The translations under genes and the position numbers were made by a program. Under the pieces are notes generated by a model. The model searched no databases, was not told the origin of the DNA, and was given only the letters and a program-made list of their open reading frames with translations. DNA of 64,000 bases from Flavobacteriales bacterium. GTDB taxonomy: Bacteria; Bacteroidota; Bacteroidia; Flavobacteriales; Schleiferiaceae. Shown in pieces: positions 36,900-46,687 of this stretch; positions within the stretch are counted from its first letter, which is position 1, and every line of letters starts with the position of its first letter. The stretch lies in contig PAND01000011.1 of NCBI GenBank assembly GCA_002707525.1, positions 36,934 through 100,933 on the forward strand. The letters run 5' to 3'.

Positions 36900-38885
36900 A
36901 TGCGAAGAATCTTCATTGTTTTTGCCGTACTCTTTGCCATAAAGGTTTCTGCGCAAAAGGGACCTGTTGAGTTGGGTAACCATTGTGGTGATGATCATCA
37001 TAGTCCTACAAAACAAATTCAAAAGGCCATCCGTGCCATGAATCAAAGAGATTATCCAAATGCCACCGTTTATATAGGTGCAGCTTTACGTCAAAGCGAC
37101 GAAGATCAACATGCTCTCTACTTAAAGGGTGAACTGAGTATACGAACGAAAAAATTTCATCTAGCAGAAGCCCATTGGAAGCAATTGGTAAAGAGGTGTC
37201 CGGGCTATAAACCTGATCTACTTTATGCTGTTGGATCACTTTGTATGGCGGCTGGGCGCAATGATGAAGCAGAGTCCTATTTTGAGCAGTGGCTCTTGCG
37301 AGACGATCGCGAAACTGCCTTTGATAGCGAGGTGAAAGGAATGCTGGAAGAAATCAACCTCAAAGAAACCTATCTGGCCAACCCAGTGCCCTATGCTCCT
37401 ATACCTGCACGAAATATAAATACGCGCTGGGACGAATATTTGGGTGCTTTAACACCGGACGGTTCGCAATTTTACTTTACGCGAAGAAGTAAGAAGCGAA
37501 ACAAATACGAAGGTCCTGCGGCTCCTCTTCGTAGCGTGGAGGAATTTAGTTTAGCCAATACGCTAAGCAGTACAAATTCATTTTTATTTGAGGAGGGCAC
37601 GGCCTTGAGTTCGCCTTTTAATTCAAAGTACAATGAAGGAGGGCCTACGATTACAGCAGATAATCGACTGATGGTTTTTACGATTTGTGAACGTGATGAA
37701 AAAACGGGAAAACAAAATTGTGATCTTTATTATTCCACATTTTCTTTCGGTGTATGGAACGGAATTCGCCCCGTTCCAAATGTAAATGGACCTAATAGTT
37801 GGGAGAGTCAACCTTCTATTTCACCAAATGGTGACGTTCTATATTTTACGAGTAATAGAAAAGGGGGATTTGGGGGGCTGGACTTATACAAAAGTACACG
37901 CGATTTACAAGGGGTTTGGTCAATTCCAGAAAACCTAGGTCCTACGGTTAATACAACAAAAAATGAAAAGAGTCCATTTATTCATTCAGATAGCGAAAGC
38001 ATGTATTTTGCAAGTGATGGGCACCCGGGTATGGGTGGCTATGATTTATTTAAGAGTTCGTATGCGCCATCAGGCTGGGGTAAGCCACAAAACTTAGGAT
38101 ATCCAATTAATACAGAAAAGGATGAAATAGGTATGATGGTTACTTTGGAGGGACGTCAAGCATATTTTTCTTCGAATAAAATCAATAAAGCAAACGGTTG
38201 GGATATTTACTTCTTTGATTTGTATGAAGCAGCGCAGCCGGTGGAGGTGGTTTTAGTCAAAGGAACCCTTACTAAAGATATGTTTGCCTCTGATGATGAT
38301 GCTAAGGTAATATTGAAAAATAGTTCAACTGGTGAGCGTACAGCGCTTCAAGTGGATGAAGAGACAGGCGACTTTTCAGCCGTGGTGAAAAAAGAAGACG
38401 CTCAGAGTATTGTGATAAAGTTAGAGGCCAAAAAAGCGGCGTTTAGTGCAGCGCCTTTGCGCTTAGCTTTAGCTAGTTCAGGGCCGCCAGGTAATGTGAA
38501 TCGAATGCAAATAGAATTGGCCCAGGCGGATATGGAAGAGGGTGAATCATATCCAATACCGAATATTCTTTTTGAAACAAATTCGGACCGCTTAGATGCT
38601 TTAAGTGAGATGTTGATTGCCGAATTTGCAGACTTCTTGGTAGATAACAACCATCTTAAAGTACAGATTCAAGGACATACAGATAATGTGGGAGAAGCTG
38701 GTGCCAATCTAGAATTAAGTTCACGCCGAGCCCAACGAGTTACAAATACTCTTTATGGTATGGGTATAGAGGCCTCCAGGCTGAGCTTTAAGGGTTTCGG
38801 TGAAAGCGCGCCAGTTGCTAATAATGATGAAGAGTTGGGTAGAGCCAAAAATAGACGAACCGTTTTTGTTGTTACTCAATTATAG
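36900..38885 (+). CDS. OmpA family protein with TPR-like N-terminal region and TolB-like (PD40) repeats
   Basis: 661 aa with signal MRRIFIVFAVLFAIKVSAQ. There are repeated P..S..G..(L/M)YF(T/A)S segments. The C-terminal OmpA-like motif is IQGHTDNVGEAGANLELSSRRAQRV...NRRTVFVV. Confidence 0.8.
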   Translation: MRRIFIVFAVLFAIKVSAQKGPVELGNHCGDDHHSPTKQIQKAIRAMNQRDYPNATVYIGAALRQSDEDQHALYLKGELSIRTKKFHLAEAHWKQLVKRCPGYKPDLLYAVGSLCMAAGRNDEAESYFEQWLLRDDRETAFDSEVKGMLEEINLKETYLANPVPYAPIPARNINTRWDEYLGALTPDGSQFYFTRRSKKRNKYEGPAAPLRSVEEFSLANTLSSTNSFLFEEGTALSSPFNSKYNEGGPTITADNRLMVFTICERDEKTGKQNCDLYYSTFSFGVWNGIRPVPNVNGPNSWESQPSISPNGDVLYFTSNRKGGFGGLDLYKSTRDLQGVWSIPENLGPTVNTTKNEKSPFIHSDSESMYFASDGHPGMGGYDLFKSSYAPSGWGKPQNLGYPINTEKDEIGMMVTLEGRQAYFSSNKINKANGWDIYFFDLYEAAQPVEVVLVKGTLTKDMFASDDDAKVILKNSSTGERTALQVDEETGDFSAVVKKEDAQSIVIKLEAKKAAFSAAPLRLALASSGPPGNVNRMQIELAQADMEEGESYPIPNILFETNSDRLDALSEMLIAEFADFLVDNNHLKVQIQGHTDNVGEAGANLELSSRRAQRVTNTLYGMGIEASRLSFKGFGESAPVANNDEELGRAKNRRTVFVVTQL

Positions 38886-38920
38886 CATCAAGCAAATTTC
38901 TAAGCCCACTAGTAACTGCA

Positions 38921-38954
38921 AAAAAAAACCCGAGCCAAAAGGCGCGGGTTTTTT
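38921..38954. terminator. Bidirectional intrinsic terminator between the convergent OmpA-family gene and rplS
   Basis: The sequence is A8-CCCGAGCC-AAAA-GGCGCGGG-T6. The stem is 8 bp with one mismatch and is flanked by A-run and T-run, so it can work on both strands. Confidence 0.8.
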
Positions 38955-38972
38955 AGAATTTCTTTCAATATT

Positions 38973-39320
38973 TTAGAATCGACGTTCTTTAATACGCGCC
39001 GCTTTACCTGTGCGCTCTCTTTGATAGAATACTCTCGCACGACGCACTTTACCTCGTTTATTGACTTCAATCTTTTCGATTGCCGGGAGGTTAACGGGGA
39101 AGATACGCTCTACACCAATGTTACCACTCATCTTGCGAATCGTAAAAGTTTCGGTAGCGCCAGATCCTCTGCGTTGTAAAACTACACCGCGAAAGAACTG
39201 CGTACGTGTTTTTTCACCTTCAGTAATTTGAGTGTATACAGTGATTGTATCACCCGCACCAAATTCTGGTAAGTCTTTTCTAGAAACGAATTCGTCGTTT
39301 ACAAACTGAACTAAGTCCAT
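38973..39320 (-). CDS. rplS: 50S ribosomal protein L19
   Basis: [29 protein letters not shown]...[11 protein letters not shown]...[15 protein letters not shown] prefer the ATG at 39320; the track start at 39353 adds 11 non-conserved residues. Confidence 0.93.
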   Translation of the reverse strand: MDLVQFVNDEFVSRKDLPEFGAGDTITVYTQITEGEKTRTQFFRGVVLQRRGSGATETFTIRKMSGNIGVERIFPVNLPAIEKIEVNKRGKVRRARVFYQRERTGKAARIKERRF

Positions 39321-39398
39321 GTTTAAATTGTTTTTATTGCTGTGAGTCAACATTCACATCTTTTGCCAGAGGTTGACGCTCAGTCCCTAAAGGGAGGG

Positions 39399-39406
39399 CA
39401 AAAGTA
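39399..39406 (-). promoter_or_regulatory. Candidate -7 box (TAnnTTTG) upstream of rplS
   Basis: Plus-strand CAAAAGTA is TACTTTTG on the minus strand. It lies 79 nt upstream of the rplS ATG and 14 nt after the ndk stop. Confidence 0.35.
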
Positions 39407-39419
39407 GTTAAAAAATCTT

Positions 39420-39839
39420 TTAAAATTGCTCACGGCCGGCAAAATGAAAATCGCCCTCAATCTGCGCATTTTCATCACTATCAGAACCGTGTACAGCATT
39501 CTCGCCAATGCTTTTGGCAAAACGAGCGCGGATAGTACCTGGAGCAGCTTCAGCAGGGTTGGTTGAACCAATTAATGTTCTAAAATCATCTACTGCATTT
39601 TCCTTTTCTAAAATCGCAGCAACGATAGGACCTGAAGTCATAAACTCCACTAACTCACCAAAAAATGGACGTTCCTCATGCACCGCATAAAATGCTTTAG
39701 CGTCTGCAAGTGAAAGCTGAGTAAGCTTCATTGCTGAGATACGAAATCCTGCATCTGTAATTTGATTCAGGATTCCGCCAATGTGTCCGTCACGAACCGC
39801 ATCGGGTTTAATCATAGTTAACGTTTTATTCACTGCCAT
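39420..39839 (-). CDS. ndk: Nucleoside-diphosphate kinase
   Basis: 139 aa: LTMIKPDAV..., with active-site His in NAVHGSDS. Confidence 0.95.
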   Translation of the reverse strand: MAVNKTLTMIKPDAVRDGHIGGILNQITDAGFRISAMKLTQLSLADAKAFYAVHEERPFFGELVEFMTSGPIVAAILEKENAVDDFRTLIGSTNPAEAAPGTIRARFAKSIGENAVHGSDSDENAQIEGDFHFAGREQF

Positions 39840-39868
39840 CTTTTTAGATTTTCAAAAATTTTGCGCTG

Positions 39869-39876
39869 CAAAGGTA
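39869..39876 (-). promoter_or_regulatory. Candidate -7 box (TAnnTTTG) upstream of ndk
   Basis: Plus-strand CAAAGGTA is TACCTTTG on the minus strand, 30 nt upstream of the ndk ATG. Confidence 0.4.
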
Positions 39877-39913
39877 CACTTTTCTCGAACCTTTGTGCGA
39901 GATTGTACCCATT

Positions 39914-40903
39914 ATGCAAGAAATACGTTTAGACGGTTTTATAGATGTAGTTGACTCTGCCAAAAATATAGTGATCACGAATCACACTAATCCTGATGGA
40001 GATGCTATGGGTAGTGCCTTAGCATTAAAAAGAGTCCTAGAGAAATTAGATAAGAAAGTCAGTGTAATTGTACCAAACCCGTATCCGGAATTCCTTTGGC
40101 ACTTGTCAGGTAATGAGGAAGTAATGATTTATTCAGAGGGTAAATTGGCTGCGAATACTAAAATTGAATCGGCCGATATGATTTTCCATCTAGATTACAA
40201 TGCCTATCACCGAAGTGCAGATATGGAACAAGCATTACGCGGGGCAAAAGGCATTAAAACTGTAATTGATCATCATCAACAACCTGAAAGTTGGCCGGAT
40301 TTCATATATAGCGATACTATGATGAGTTCTACCTGCCAAATGATCTATGAGCTTTGTGTTATGATGGAATGGGAGTATTTATTAGATGAAAAAAGTGCCG
40401 CATGTATATATACAGGAATTGTAACCGATACTGGTAGTTTTAAATATAGTGCAACAAGTGCGCGAACTCACGAAGTTGCATCTAAGCTATTGGATTTGGG
40501 GGTTCAGCCTCAACGTTTACACAATAAAGTTTTTGATTCTCAACCAGTAGCTCGTTTAAGGTTGCTGGGTACTATGCTTGAACAAATGGAAGTGAGTCAA
40601 GATAAAACAAAGGTTTTGCTTTATTTGACAGAAGAACAATGTTCACAGCTGGGTTACGAAAAGGGAATTACTGAAGGGTTTGTGAATTACGGTCTAAGCA
40701 TTCGTGGTGCTATTTTAACCATTTTTCTACGTGAAGAGGATGGAGCCGTTAAATTGTCTTTGAGAAGCAAAGGTGAATTTGATGTAAATGCTCTGGCACG
40801 AGCACATTTTAATGGCGGCGGACACAAAAATGCAGCTGGCGGAAGAATTGAAATGAGTATGTCTGAGGCCATCACTCATGCGAAAAAACATCTTCAATGG
40901 TAA
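39914..40903 (+). CDS. DHH family phosphoesterase (NrnA-like oligoribonuclease/pAp phosphatase)
   Basis: DHH motifs are ITNHTNPDGDAMGSALAL and VIDHHQ, and the DHHA1 motif is GGGHKNAAGG. The track start at 39893 is a TTG, so the ATG at 39914 (MQEIRLDG) is preferred. Confidence 0.85.
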   Translation: MQEIRLDGFIDVVDSAKNIVITNHTNPDGDAMGSALALKRVLEKLDKKVSVIVPNPYPEFLWHLSGNEEVMIYSEGKLAANTKIESADMIFHLDYNAYHRSADMEQALRGAKGIKTVIDHHQQPESWPDFIYSDTMMSSTCQMIYELCVMMEWEYLLDEKSAACIYTGIVTDTGSFKYSATSARTHEVASKLLDLGVQPQRLHNKVFDSQPVARLRLLGTMLEQMEVSQDKTKVLLYLTEEQCSQLGYEKGITEGFVNYGLSIRGAILTIFLREEDGAVKLSLRSKGEFDVNALARAHFNGGGHKNAAGGRIEMSMSEAITHAKKHLQW

Positions 40904-41397
40904 TTACTCGTCATCTTCTTTTCATTTTCGTAATCCTCACGGGATGTGCTGAACACAATTCCTCTGCGAATGAAGTTATTGAAGTAAACCCAATAGAACG
41001 ACAAAAGATGTATTTGGCTCAAGAACGTGCTCAAATAGAGGCTTACATTGTAAGCCATGAACTGGATGGGATTCAGCGTAATGGTTTTGGCATGTTTGAA
41101 TTAGGCATAATCGAAGGTGAAGGAAAAACGGCAAAATTTGGGGACCACATCATTTATAGTGCTACTGTTTATTTATTAAATGATAGCGGTATAGGGCAAT
41201 ATACAGATACTGTTGAGTTGGGAAGAAGTGAAATGGAAACAGGACTGCATGAAAGTTTAAAAGGGATGCAAGAAGGAGAGATGAAGCTCGTATTAATTCC
41301 TTCATTTTTAGCTCACGGAATTGCAGGTGATTTAGATCGTATTCCGCCGCAAAGTCCAATGCGTTATGATATTCGACTTATTCAGGTAGTCCGCTAA
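40897..41397 (+). CDS. FKBP-type peptidyl-prolyl cis-trans isomerase, lipoprotein
   Basis: 166 aa with lipobox ILTGC. The FKBP C-terminal pattern is GLHESLKGMQEGEMKLVLIPSFLAHG...IPPQSPMRYDIRLIQV. The start overlaps the DHH gene stop by 7 nt. Confidence 0.75.
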   Translation: MVITRHLLFIFVILTGCAEHNSSANEVIEVNPIERQKMYLAQERAQIEAYIVSHELDGIQRNGFGMFELGIIEGEGKTAKFGDHIIYSATVYLLNDSGIGQYTDTVELGRSEMETGLHESLKGMQEGEMKLVLIPSFLAHGIAGDLDRIPPQSPMRYDIRLIQVVR

Positions 41398-41878
41398 TTT
41401 GTAGGGCGCCCTCTGGATGACTTGCTAATTCATCCATGACAATGAAAAGCGTTCTAAAATGATCGTCATCAGATGCTATCCCTTCTAATTCCAGAACTAC
41501 CTGATTGGCATTTTTGCTGACGTGAATGGCTTTCATGAAATTGTATTCATCCAAATAGATTCCCTGAAGCGCCCCTCCTTGAAAATTCGTTGTAAACTCT
41601 TGAAATCTGAATTGAACAGTCCCGCCTTCTGTATTTTCCTTGGTAAGGTAAAGGTCGTTATCCTTAAACGTTAAGTAGACGTGGTCGTTAGTGCTAACTA
41701 AATCGAAGCTAATTTGAGTGTCATGATTATACATCTCATAAGTAGTGACTTCAAAACTTTTACGATTTAAATCATCTAGCGTGTGAGGGTCTGCAATACT
41801 TCCCATCGGAGCGTCGCAAGAAGAAAAAGTAAAACACAATAAGATTCCACATAGTGGTAACGTAAACAACTTTTTCAT
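41378..41878 (-). CDS. Hypothetical lipoprotein
   Basis: 166 aa with lipoprotein signal MKKLFTLPLCGILLCFTFSSC. I recognise no family. There is a 20-nt convergent overlap with the FKBP gene. Confidence 0.6.
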   Translation of the reverse strand: MKKLFTLPLCGILLCFTFSSCDAPMGSIADPHTLDDLNRKSFEVTTYEMYNHDTQISFDLVSTNDHVYLTFKDNDLYLTKENTEGGTVQFRFQEFTTNFQGGALQGIYLDEYNFMKAIHVSKNANQVVLELEGIASDDDHFRTLFIVMDELASHPEGALQISGLPE

Positions 41879-42023
41879 ATCTCTTTTTTTAACCTTGATA
41901 TCGGTAAAGTCAACATAAAATTTACATTTAAAAGAATAATTGTTTACAAATAGTTAACGTTAATTATAGAATCGAGATGTTTCAAATACAACAAGTAACA
42001 TCCTAAATTTTGTTAAGAACCAT

Positions 42024-42031
42024 TACCTTTG
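42024..42031 (+). promoter_or_regulatory. Candidate -7 box (TAnnTTTG) upstream of the first cyclophilin-FKBP gene
   Basis: TACCTTTG lies 22 nt upstream of the ATG at 42054. Confidence 0.4.
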
Positions 42032-42053
42032 TTGCCAATAAATTAGATGAAAG

Positions 42054-43163
42054 ATGTTGAAAAAAATACTTACAATTTTTGTGATTGGTTCCATTGCATC
42101 GGCTTGCGGTGCTACGAACGTGACCGTCAACAATGAGACCGTTGAACTCAACGACGGCATATATGCCAAATTAACAACTACAATGGGTGATATCTTAATT
42201 GACTTTCATGAGGAGTATGCCCCTATGACTGCAGCAAATTTTATAGCACTAGCAGAAGCAAATCATCCAAAGGTTAAGGAGGAGTATGCTTCGAAACCTT
42301 ATTTCGATGGCATTGTCTTTCATAGAGTGATACCTCAATTTATGATTCAATGTGGAGATCCAACAGGAACGGGTTCTGGAAGTCCTGGTTATCAATTTCC
42401 GCAGGAAATAGCTAATGAACTTCGCCACGACAAACCAGGGGTGGTAAGTATGGCCAACGCAGGACCAGGTACTAATGGTTCGCAATTTTTTATTACCCAC
42501 AATGCCACACCACATCTTGACGGTAGTTATAATATTTTTGGTCAAGTCCTCAGCGGTCAAGAGATTGTAGATGCTATAGGGGGCGTTGAGCGCAATCAAG
42601 GTGATCGTCCAAAAGAAGATGTAATCTTAGAAACGGTGGAAATCATTAGAATTGGAAAGGAGGCGAAACAGTTTGATGCTCCTGTCATTTTTGAAAATGG
42701 TGTCACTGGTGTAGAGGAGCGTATTAGAGATGCCGCTGCAACCATTGAAAATGAAATAGACAATTTATACCCGGAAGCTCAGAAAACCGCTTCAGGATTG
42801 CGCTATATCATTGAGGATATGGGCAGTGGAGACAAACCTGCTTTAGGTCAAGTAGTGCGTGTAAATTATGCAGGTTTCCTTATGGATGGTAAATGCTTTG
42901 ACACTTCGGATAAAAAGCTTGCCCAAGCTAATGGTGTATATGACTCACGCAGAGAACCATATGAGCCTATTCCTGTAGAAATAGGTCCTAGAGGTAGAGT
43001 AATAAAAGGATGGCAAGAAGGCTTAACACTCCTCAATATTGGTGGTAAAGCCAAGTTGATTATACCTCCATATCTTGGATATGGAGAGCGCGGAGCGGGT
43101 GGGGTAATTCCACCAAATGCGCCACTTGTATTTGATGTGGAAATTGTAGAATTAGCGAATTAA
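42054..43163 (+). CDS. Dual-domain peptidyl-prolyl isomerase (N-terminal cyclophilin + C-terminal FKBP), lipoprotein
   Basis: 369 aa with lipobox GSIASAC. Cyclophilin motifs are [25 protein letters not shown] and [20 protein letters not shown] motifs are [27 protein letters not shown] and [33 protein letters not shown]. Confidence 0.88.
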   Translation: MLKKILTIFVIGSIASACGATNVTVNNETVELNDGIYAKLTTTMGDILIDFHEEYAPMTAANFIALAEANHPKVKEEYASKPYFDGIVFHRVIPQFMIQCGDPTGTGSGSPGYQFPQEIANELRHDKPGVVSMANAGPGTNGSQFFITHNATPHLDGSYNIFGQVLSGQEIVDAIGGVERNQGDRPKEDVILETVEIIRIGKEAKQFDAPVIFENGVTGVEERIRDAAATIENEIDNLYPEAQKTASGLRYIIEDMGSGDKPALGQVVRVNYAGFLMDGKCFDTSDKKLAQANGVYDSRREPYEPIPVEIGPRGRVIKGWQEGLTLLNIGGKAKLIIPPYLGYGERGAGGVIPPNAPLVFDVEIVELAN

Positions 43164-43183
43164 AGAATATTTCAAATAGTATT

Positions 43184-44131
43184 ATGGAAAACGGTATATA
43201 TGCCAAGATGTCAACACCAAGGGGTGCAATTGTAATTAAATTAGAACACGAAAAGACTCCTATGACCGTAGCTAATTTTGTTGGACTTGCCGAGGGTAAG
43301 CTTGATAATACTGCTAAAGACAGCGGTCTGCCGTATTACGATGGTTTGACCTTTCATAGAGTAATAGCCGATTTTATGATTCAGGGCGGTGATCCAACAG
43401 GCACAGGTGCAGGTGGACCCGGGTATAAATTTGAAGACGAAATACACCCTGAGTTAAAGCATGATAAAGCGGGCACATTATCCATGGCTAATTCAGGTCC
43501 AGGAACTAATGGTTCGCAATTTTTCATTACTCATGGTCCCACAAACTGGTTAGATGGGAAGCATACGGTATTTGGTTATGTTACGGAAGGGCAGAATGTA
43601 GTTGATGCTGTAGTTGAAGGAGATACTATTGAGAAGTTAGAAATTGTGCGTGTTGGAGAGCAGGCTGAGTGTTGGGATGCATCTAAAGTTTTCACTTCCT
43701 CCAGAGGTGAGGCTGAAGAGAAAGCTAAGGCGAACTTAGAAGCTGCACAAGCTGCAGAGGCCGACGCGTTGAAGGAGTATACCGAAGGTGCACAAAAAAC
43801 CGAAAGTGGTTTAATGTATCTCATTGAAGAGGAAGGAAATGGTCCTAAGCCTAGTAAAGGTGAAAGCGTAGAGGTTCATTATGAATTAAAACTTACCAGT
43901 GGAGTGGTAGTTGATAGTTCTTTCCAAAGAGGTCAGCCAATCTCAATAAATATTGGTGTTGGTCAGGTTATTCCGGGATGGGATGAAGGAATTATGTTAC
44001 TGAATGAGGGATCAAAAGCGACTTTGGTAGTTCCATCAAATTTAGGATATGGATCAGCTGGCGCAGGAGGAGTAATTCCCCCTAATGCAACCTTAATCTT
44101 TAAAGTGCAACTTGTTAAAATTGGCTCATAA
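43184..44131 (+). CDS. Dual-domain peptidyl-prolyl isomerase (cyclophilin + FKBP), no signal peptide
   Basis: 315 aa. Motifs are [25 protein letters not shown] and [16 protein letters not shown], then [27 protein letters not shown] and [33 protein letters not shown]. It starts directly with the cyclophilin fold. Confidence 0.88.
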   Translation: MENGIYAKMSTPRGAIVIKLEHEKTPMTVANFVGLAEGKLDNTAKDSGLPYYDGLTFHRVIADFMIQGGDPTGTGAGGPGYKFEDEIHPELKHDKAGTLSMANSGPGTNGSQFFITHGPTNWLDGKHTVFGYVTEGQNVVDAVVEGDTIEKLEIVRVGEQAECWDASKVFTSSRGEAEEKAKANLEAAQAAEADALKEYTEGAQKTESGLMYLIEEEGNGPKPSKGESVEVHYELKLTSGVVVDSSFQRGQPISINIGVGQVIPGWDEGIMLLNEGSKATLVVPSNLGYGSAGAGGVIPPNATLIFKVQLVKIGS

Positions 44132-44151
44132 CAGTAAAGGTATATCAGGGT

Positions 44152-44190
44152 CTTCCAGCAAAACGCTGGGAGTTTCTGAGGTCTTTTTTC
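44152..44190 (+). terminator. Possible terminator between convergent PPIase and aldehyde dehydrogenase genes
   Basis: cttccagc-aaaac-gctgggag forms an 8-bp stem with one G-U. It is followed by tttctgaggtctttttt, so the T-run is not immediately adjacent. Confidence 0.35.
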
Positions 44191-45590
44191 TAGAGTAATT
44201 TGTCAATTATAAATTGAACTATTCGTAATTTTTTCTGAGTATAAGGTGCGCTGAGCACTTTATTTACAGGTAGTCCCCATTGATAATACACTGCTCTTGT
44301 ATTGCTGAATTCGAGGAAACCAGATTCACCATTAGTTCTTCCCATACCGCTGTGTCCAACACCCCCAAAAGGAAGGTAATTATTAGCAACTTGAATCAGA
44401 GACATGTTCACAGCTGTTGCTCCAGCCCGGGTGTTATTTTGTATACGTCTAATATTCTTTTTGTTATGGCTGTATATGTAGACTACAAGAGGATGCTCTC
44501 TATTTGAAATTTCATCGAGAGGTTGGTCTAATTCATTAAAAGTGAACACCGGTAATATGGGTCCAAAAATTTCCTCTCTCATTAATGCGCCCTGTTTCGG
44601 TGGATCTACAATAACAGTAGGTTCTATTTTTCTCAATTCTCGGGATGCATTACCCCCAATAATCAATTCGCCTTTTTCTTTAATTGATTCACCGAGCATG
44701 GACGAAAGCCGTTCCCAGTGATTTGTATTTACAATTTGTACAAAATCATCGCTTTTCATTGGATGCTCCCCATAAAAGCGTTGGATGGTTTCAACTACTC
44801 CTTTTTTAAAATCTTCTAGTTTACTATTGTGAACATACACATGATCTGGTGCAATACAAATTTGACCTGCATTGGTAAATTTTGCCCAAGCAATGCGTTG
44901 TCCAGCTGCATAGGCATTTGCACTGTTGTCAACAATTGTAGGGCTTTTACCACCCAATTCTAGCGTCACAGATGTTAAGTGTTTACTGGCAGCAGTCATT
45001 ACAATTTGCCCAACTGCCGTAGATCCCGTGAAGAAAATATGATCGAATCGAATATCTAAAAGTTCTTTTGCTAACTCTACACCTCCTAAGGCGACATATG
45101 CTTCCTCTTCACTGAAAATACTTCTGATTAATTCTGCCATCACCCTTGATGTTTCAGGAGTGTGCTCGGAAGGCTTCATTATTACTGTGTTGCCTGCGGC
45201 AATAGCATTTGTAAGTGGCTGTAAAGTCAAAAATATGGGGTAATTCCAAGGACTGATTATTAATACATTCCCTTTTGGTTGCACCTCTGTATAGGAAGTA
45301 GATCCTAATAACATTATTGGAGTTTTAACTTTTGTAGGGCGTATCCATTTCTTTAAGTTTGACCTAAGTATCTTGATATTATCTAAAGTTGGAAGGATTT
45401 CCGTCAGACGAACTTCGACCTCACCCTTATTGAAATCAGCCTTCATTGCTTGTGCTAATTTATGCTGCCATTCTCCCTTCAAAGCTTCTCTCAAATTCTG
45501 TAACTTTTGGAGTCTATATTCCAAAGGCTTCTTCGCAAGGACTTTGGAGTATGCCCTTTGCTTTTGAGCAATTTCGATTAAATTATTCAT
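44190..45590 (-). CDS. Aldehyde dehydrogenase family protein (class 3-like)
   Basis: 466 aa. Catalytic motifs are LELGGKSP and NAGQICIAPDHVYV, with NAD-binding FTGSTAVG. Confidence 0.9.
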   Translation of the reverse strand: MNNLIEIAQKQRAYSKVLAKKPLEYRLQKLQNLREALKGEWQHKLAQAMKADFNKGEVEVRLTEILPTLDNIKILRSNLKKWIRPTKVKTPIMLLGSTSYTEVQPKGNVLIISPWNYPIFLTLQPLTNAIAAGNTVIMKPSEHTPETSRVMAELIRSIFSEEEAYVALGGVELAKELLDIRFDHIFFTGSTAVGQIVMTAASKHLTSVTLELGGKSPTIVDNSANAYAAGQRIAWAKFTNAGQICIAPDHVYVHNSKLEDFKKGVVETIQRFYGEHPMKSDDFVQIVNTNHWERLSSMLGESIKEKGELIIGGNASRELRKIEPTVIVDPPKQGALMREEIFGPILPVFTFNELDQPLDEISNREHPLVVYIYSHNKKNIRRIQNNTRAGATAVNMSLIQVANNYLPFGGVGHSGMGRTNGESGFLEFSNTRAVYYQWGLPVNKVLSAPYTQKKLRIVQFIIDKLL

Positions 45591-45759
45591 CTTTTGTACA
45601 ATTGAAGTGACTCAAACCAAGCAATAACATTATTATATGTCTAGTTCTGAACTCTATAGGTAACATAGAAGATAACATCAAATTTGTTCAACTGTTCTTA
45701 ATGGCAACTGTAAGCCTCTTAGAAACTAACTCATGTGTTGAGCCCAATAAGCTGTTGCG

Positions 45760-46653
45760 TTATTTCTGACTGTTCAGTGGATGAAATTCAGCGATTTTTT
45801 CTCCTAAATGTTTGGCGCTGATGTGTGTATAAATTTCAGTTGTTGTGATGCTTTCGTGCCCAAGTAATTGCTGGACTACCCGCAAGTCTGCCCCTCGTTC
45901 AATCAAGTGTGTGGCAAAGCTATGACGCATGGTATGCGGCGAGATTGTTTTTTTTATACCTGCCACGGTAGCAAAGCGTTTCAGCTTCATAAAAATACTT
46001 TGACGTGTCAAACTACCACCTCTGTTGCTCAAAAATACGGTATCGCTCTCATTTGTTTTTGGTTTCGTGTTTGGTCGTTCGTGTTGCATGTAAAGTTCTA
46101 AAAACTTGACAGCTTCCTTATGAATAGGTACAAGCCTTTGTTTGTTTCCTTTACCAGTAACAATGATGTATCCTTCCGCAATGCGCAAAAGTGATAGTTT
46201 TAATTCACAAGCCTCGCTAACTCTTAACCCACATGCATAAAGCAATTCTACAATGGCTCTGTCCCTTGTGCTAAACCTATCGTTCATGGGAATGGCATCT
46301 AATATTTTTTGAACTTCTTTTTCACTAAGTACTACGGGAATAGTGCGGTTTTGTCTAGGGTTCTCAAAGAGAAGTATGGGGTTTTGAGTAATATATTTTT
46401 CCTCTTGTGCCCAATTGTAAAACCCGCGTAAAGAGCTTAACATTCTACTTTGTGACCTTGAAGATTGTCCCATTTTGTGCATGTGTAAAAGCAAAATAGA
46501 TATTTCGTCAGCCCCTGATTTTATTGGACTTTTATTACAGACATCATGAAATTTTTGCATATCGCGTTGATACGCATTTATGGTGTTTTTACTTAATCCA
46601 CGTTCAAATTGTAGGTATTCAAAATAGTCAGTTATAAAATCGTTGTCTTTCAC
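45760..46653 (-). CDS. xerD: Site-specific tyrosine recombinase XerD
   Basis: 297 aa. The N-terminal SAM-like domain is YLQFERGLSKNTINAYQRD. Catalytic residues lie in ACGLRVSE, HTMRHSFATHL and LLGHESITTTEIYTH. It is adjacent to aroQ, as in many Flavobacteriia. Confidence 0.85.
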   Translation of the reverse strand: MKDNDFITDYFEYLQFERGLSKNTINAYQRDMQKFHDVCNKSPIKSGADEISILLLHMHKMGQSSRSQSRMLSSLRGFYNWAQEEKYITQNPILLFENPRQNRTIPVVLSEKEVQKILDAIPMNDRFSTRDRAIVELLYACGLRVSEACELKLSLLRIAEGYIIVTGKGNKQRLVPIHKEAVKFLELYMQHERPNTKPKTNESDTVFLSNRGGSLTRQSIFMKLKRFATVAGIKKTISPHTMRHSFATHLIERGADLRVVQQLLGHESITTTEIYTHISAKHLGEKIAEFHPLNSQK

Positions 46654-46687
46654 TCCCTAAATTTCGTTCATCAAAAGGTAACTTCGC

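Noticed and set aside
45760-46653. Tyrosine recombinase as a possible integrase marking a mobile element or genomic island
   Set aside because: The sequence has the XerD-type N-terminus and R-H-R-Y catalytic contexts. It sits next to aroQ, a common flavobacterial housekeeping arrangement. I saw no flanking tRNA, direct repeats, transposase or phage genes.
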